A DNA stretch of 48,140 nt, filler included, from Jimgerdemannia flammicorona (taxonomy: Eukaryota), in NCBI GenBank assembly GCA_003990765.1. It is 2 parts of 2 records of this genome, joined end to end, with 100 filler letters (N's around TTAATTAATTAA, not from the genome) between each part and the next. Parts side by side here need not be neighbours in the genome. Positions count along the whole stretch, not along the records: positions 24,121 to 48,140 come from RBNJ01001031.1; 1 more part is not named here. One strand, given 5' to 3'. Below are positions 46,843-48,140 of this stretch, piece after piece (within the stretch, counting starts at the first letter, position 1; each line of letters starts with the position of its first letter). The notes beneath the pieces were generated by a model. That model did not search any database. It worked only from the letters and a program-made list of their open reading frames with translations, and had not been told where the DNA came from. A program made the translations under genes and the position numbers.

Positions 46843-48140
46843 TCACACCTCCTCTAGCCCGCCAAACATCTCAAACATCAAGTTCTCATTATCACTCCCG
46901 CATACCAGCACGCGCTCCTGCAGGTGCACGTCGACCGAATTGATCGAGAGTCGGTTGAGTAGGTGCGAGATCCGACGCACGGGCGGTCGCCGATGGTACG
47001 CGACGTACCGGTCCTGCCGCACCTCCTGCCAGTCGTAAATCGCCGCCGTGCCGTCTATAGATGAGAGGAGGGAGGCAGTTGTTAGGAGTGCCGGATGGAA
47101 AAGATGGCGGGATAAGAAGAGACGAGAGGAGTGTACCTTCGGAACAGCTGACAATCTTATTCGAGTCGTCCGGGTGAAACATGAGCTCCCAGACTGACGG
47201 GAAGGAAAATCGGTCAGATATTCATCAGTTTACACGACAAGCCACACACACCCGGAATCTCATCGCCATACGCCAGACAACCCGCGAAACGCGTACCATG
47301 GGAGTCGTGGACCTTGTGGTTCCTCGCCTCGTGCGTGGCCAGGTTTCTCAGGTCCCACACTGTCACCCCGCCGTCCTCATTCCCCGTGGCAATCTTATTG
47401 ATCTACATGACGCAATGGATTGGACGCCGTGTCAGAGATAATGTATTATACATACGAGAGTGATATGGGGTACGCACCTGGGTGGAGTTGACGGCCACGC
47501 AATTGAGCGCTCGGTATCCGACCCTGACGCTTATGAGGCGTGGAAAGAGATGGAAGATAGTGGTGAGACGAGCGAAAGCAAGCAATTCGGTATCCAGAAG
47601 CTTCAACCACGATGTAAAGGGTGACATACTCGACGAGCGTCGCTGTGGGCTTCTGCGTTTGCCGCCTGTCAAACGTCTTCAATTGGCCACCACTGCTCGC
47701 GACTATCTGTTGGAACGGATTGTGTAGGCGGGGTTATGCATCGTGTATCTGGGAGAGTAGAGGAAATCGAAGAGTCCACCTACGATCTGATCGGTCGTCG
47801 CCCACGCTACGTCGTTTATGACCATCGCGTCGGCGTCTGCATGCACGAGAGGGAAACCCTGGTATAAGTCAACCAGCCGTCTTCCTAACACCGACGTGAG
47901 ACCCATACCAATAACGCGAACACCGGGAGCCTACCTATCGACTCGACGGCACCGTTTTCGAACCGCGAAAACACGAGCTTGCCGTCCTCCCCTACGGTCG
48001 CCACCTCCGGGTCCGCTGCGTTGTTTGGACGGATTGCCATGCCCGTGCACGAGGCCGGTACGTACTCCGAAAAACTATGCGGTTGCTTGTGGTAGCGTTC
48101 TTGGATTGTCGGGCCAGCAGCGGACTTTTGAAGGCGGGGG
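46843..48140 (-). CDS. NUP43: Nup43-like WD40 nucleoporin, 5' part outside the window; exons >48140-47935, 47836-47784, 47706-47630, 47529-47478, 47402-47297, 47193-47137, 47054-46843
   Basis: Spliced translation PEVATVGEDGKL..DADAMVINDV..GQLKTFDRRQ..LNCVAVN..IATGNEDGGVTVWDLR..VWELMFHPDD..SCSEDG..SINSVDV..LVCGSDNE parallels, in order, human NUP43 motifs as recalled (PEIVTVGEDG, GQLKIWD, WEVHFHP, TCSEDG, SVNTLDV, LVCGTDAE). Confidence 0.82.

Overview
Eukaryotic DNA, most likely from an early-diverging (Mucoromycota-like) fungus. The taxonomy is inferred from short fungal-type introns, a CNS1/TTC4 gene, a Nup43-like gene and L1-clade LINEs. Positions 1 to about 45.1 kb are a gene-free, CpG-depleted block of nested, decayed transposons. 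It holds six L1/Tx1-like non-LTR retrotransposon copies of two families (A, B) and two families of ~1.1-1.2 kb poly(A)-tailed, TSD-flanked, apparently non-coding retroelements (C, D). It also holds a hAT transposase relic split by those retroelements, a ~270 bp MITE-like insert, minisatellites and an assembly gap. The repeats show heavy C>T/G>A decay, including many CpA/TpG>TpA changes (RIP-like). After a sharp boundary near 45.1-45.2 kb lie two intact, CpG-rich, intron-containing genes: CNS1 (+) and a NUP43-like WD40 nucleoporin (-, runs off the window). The most novel candidates are the LINE-dependent C/D elements with shared RNA motifs, a conserved LQE>LQD change in the endonuclease of both LINE families, knuckle-less ORF1s, and RIP-like mutation in a probably non-Dikarya fungus. 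All alignments were done by eye.
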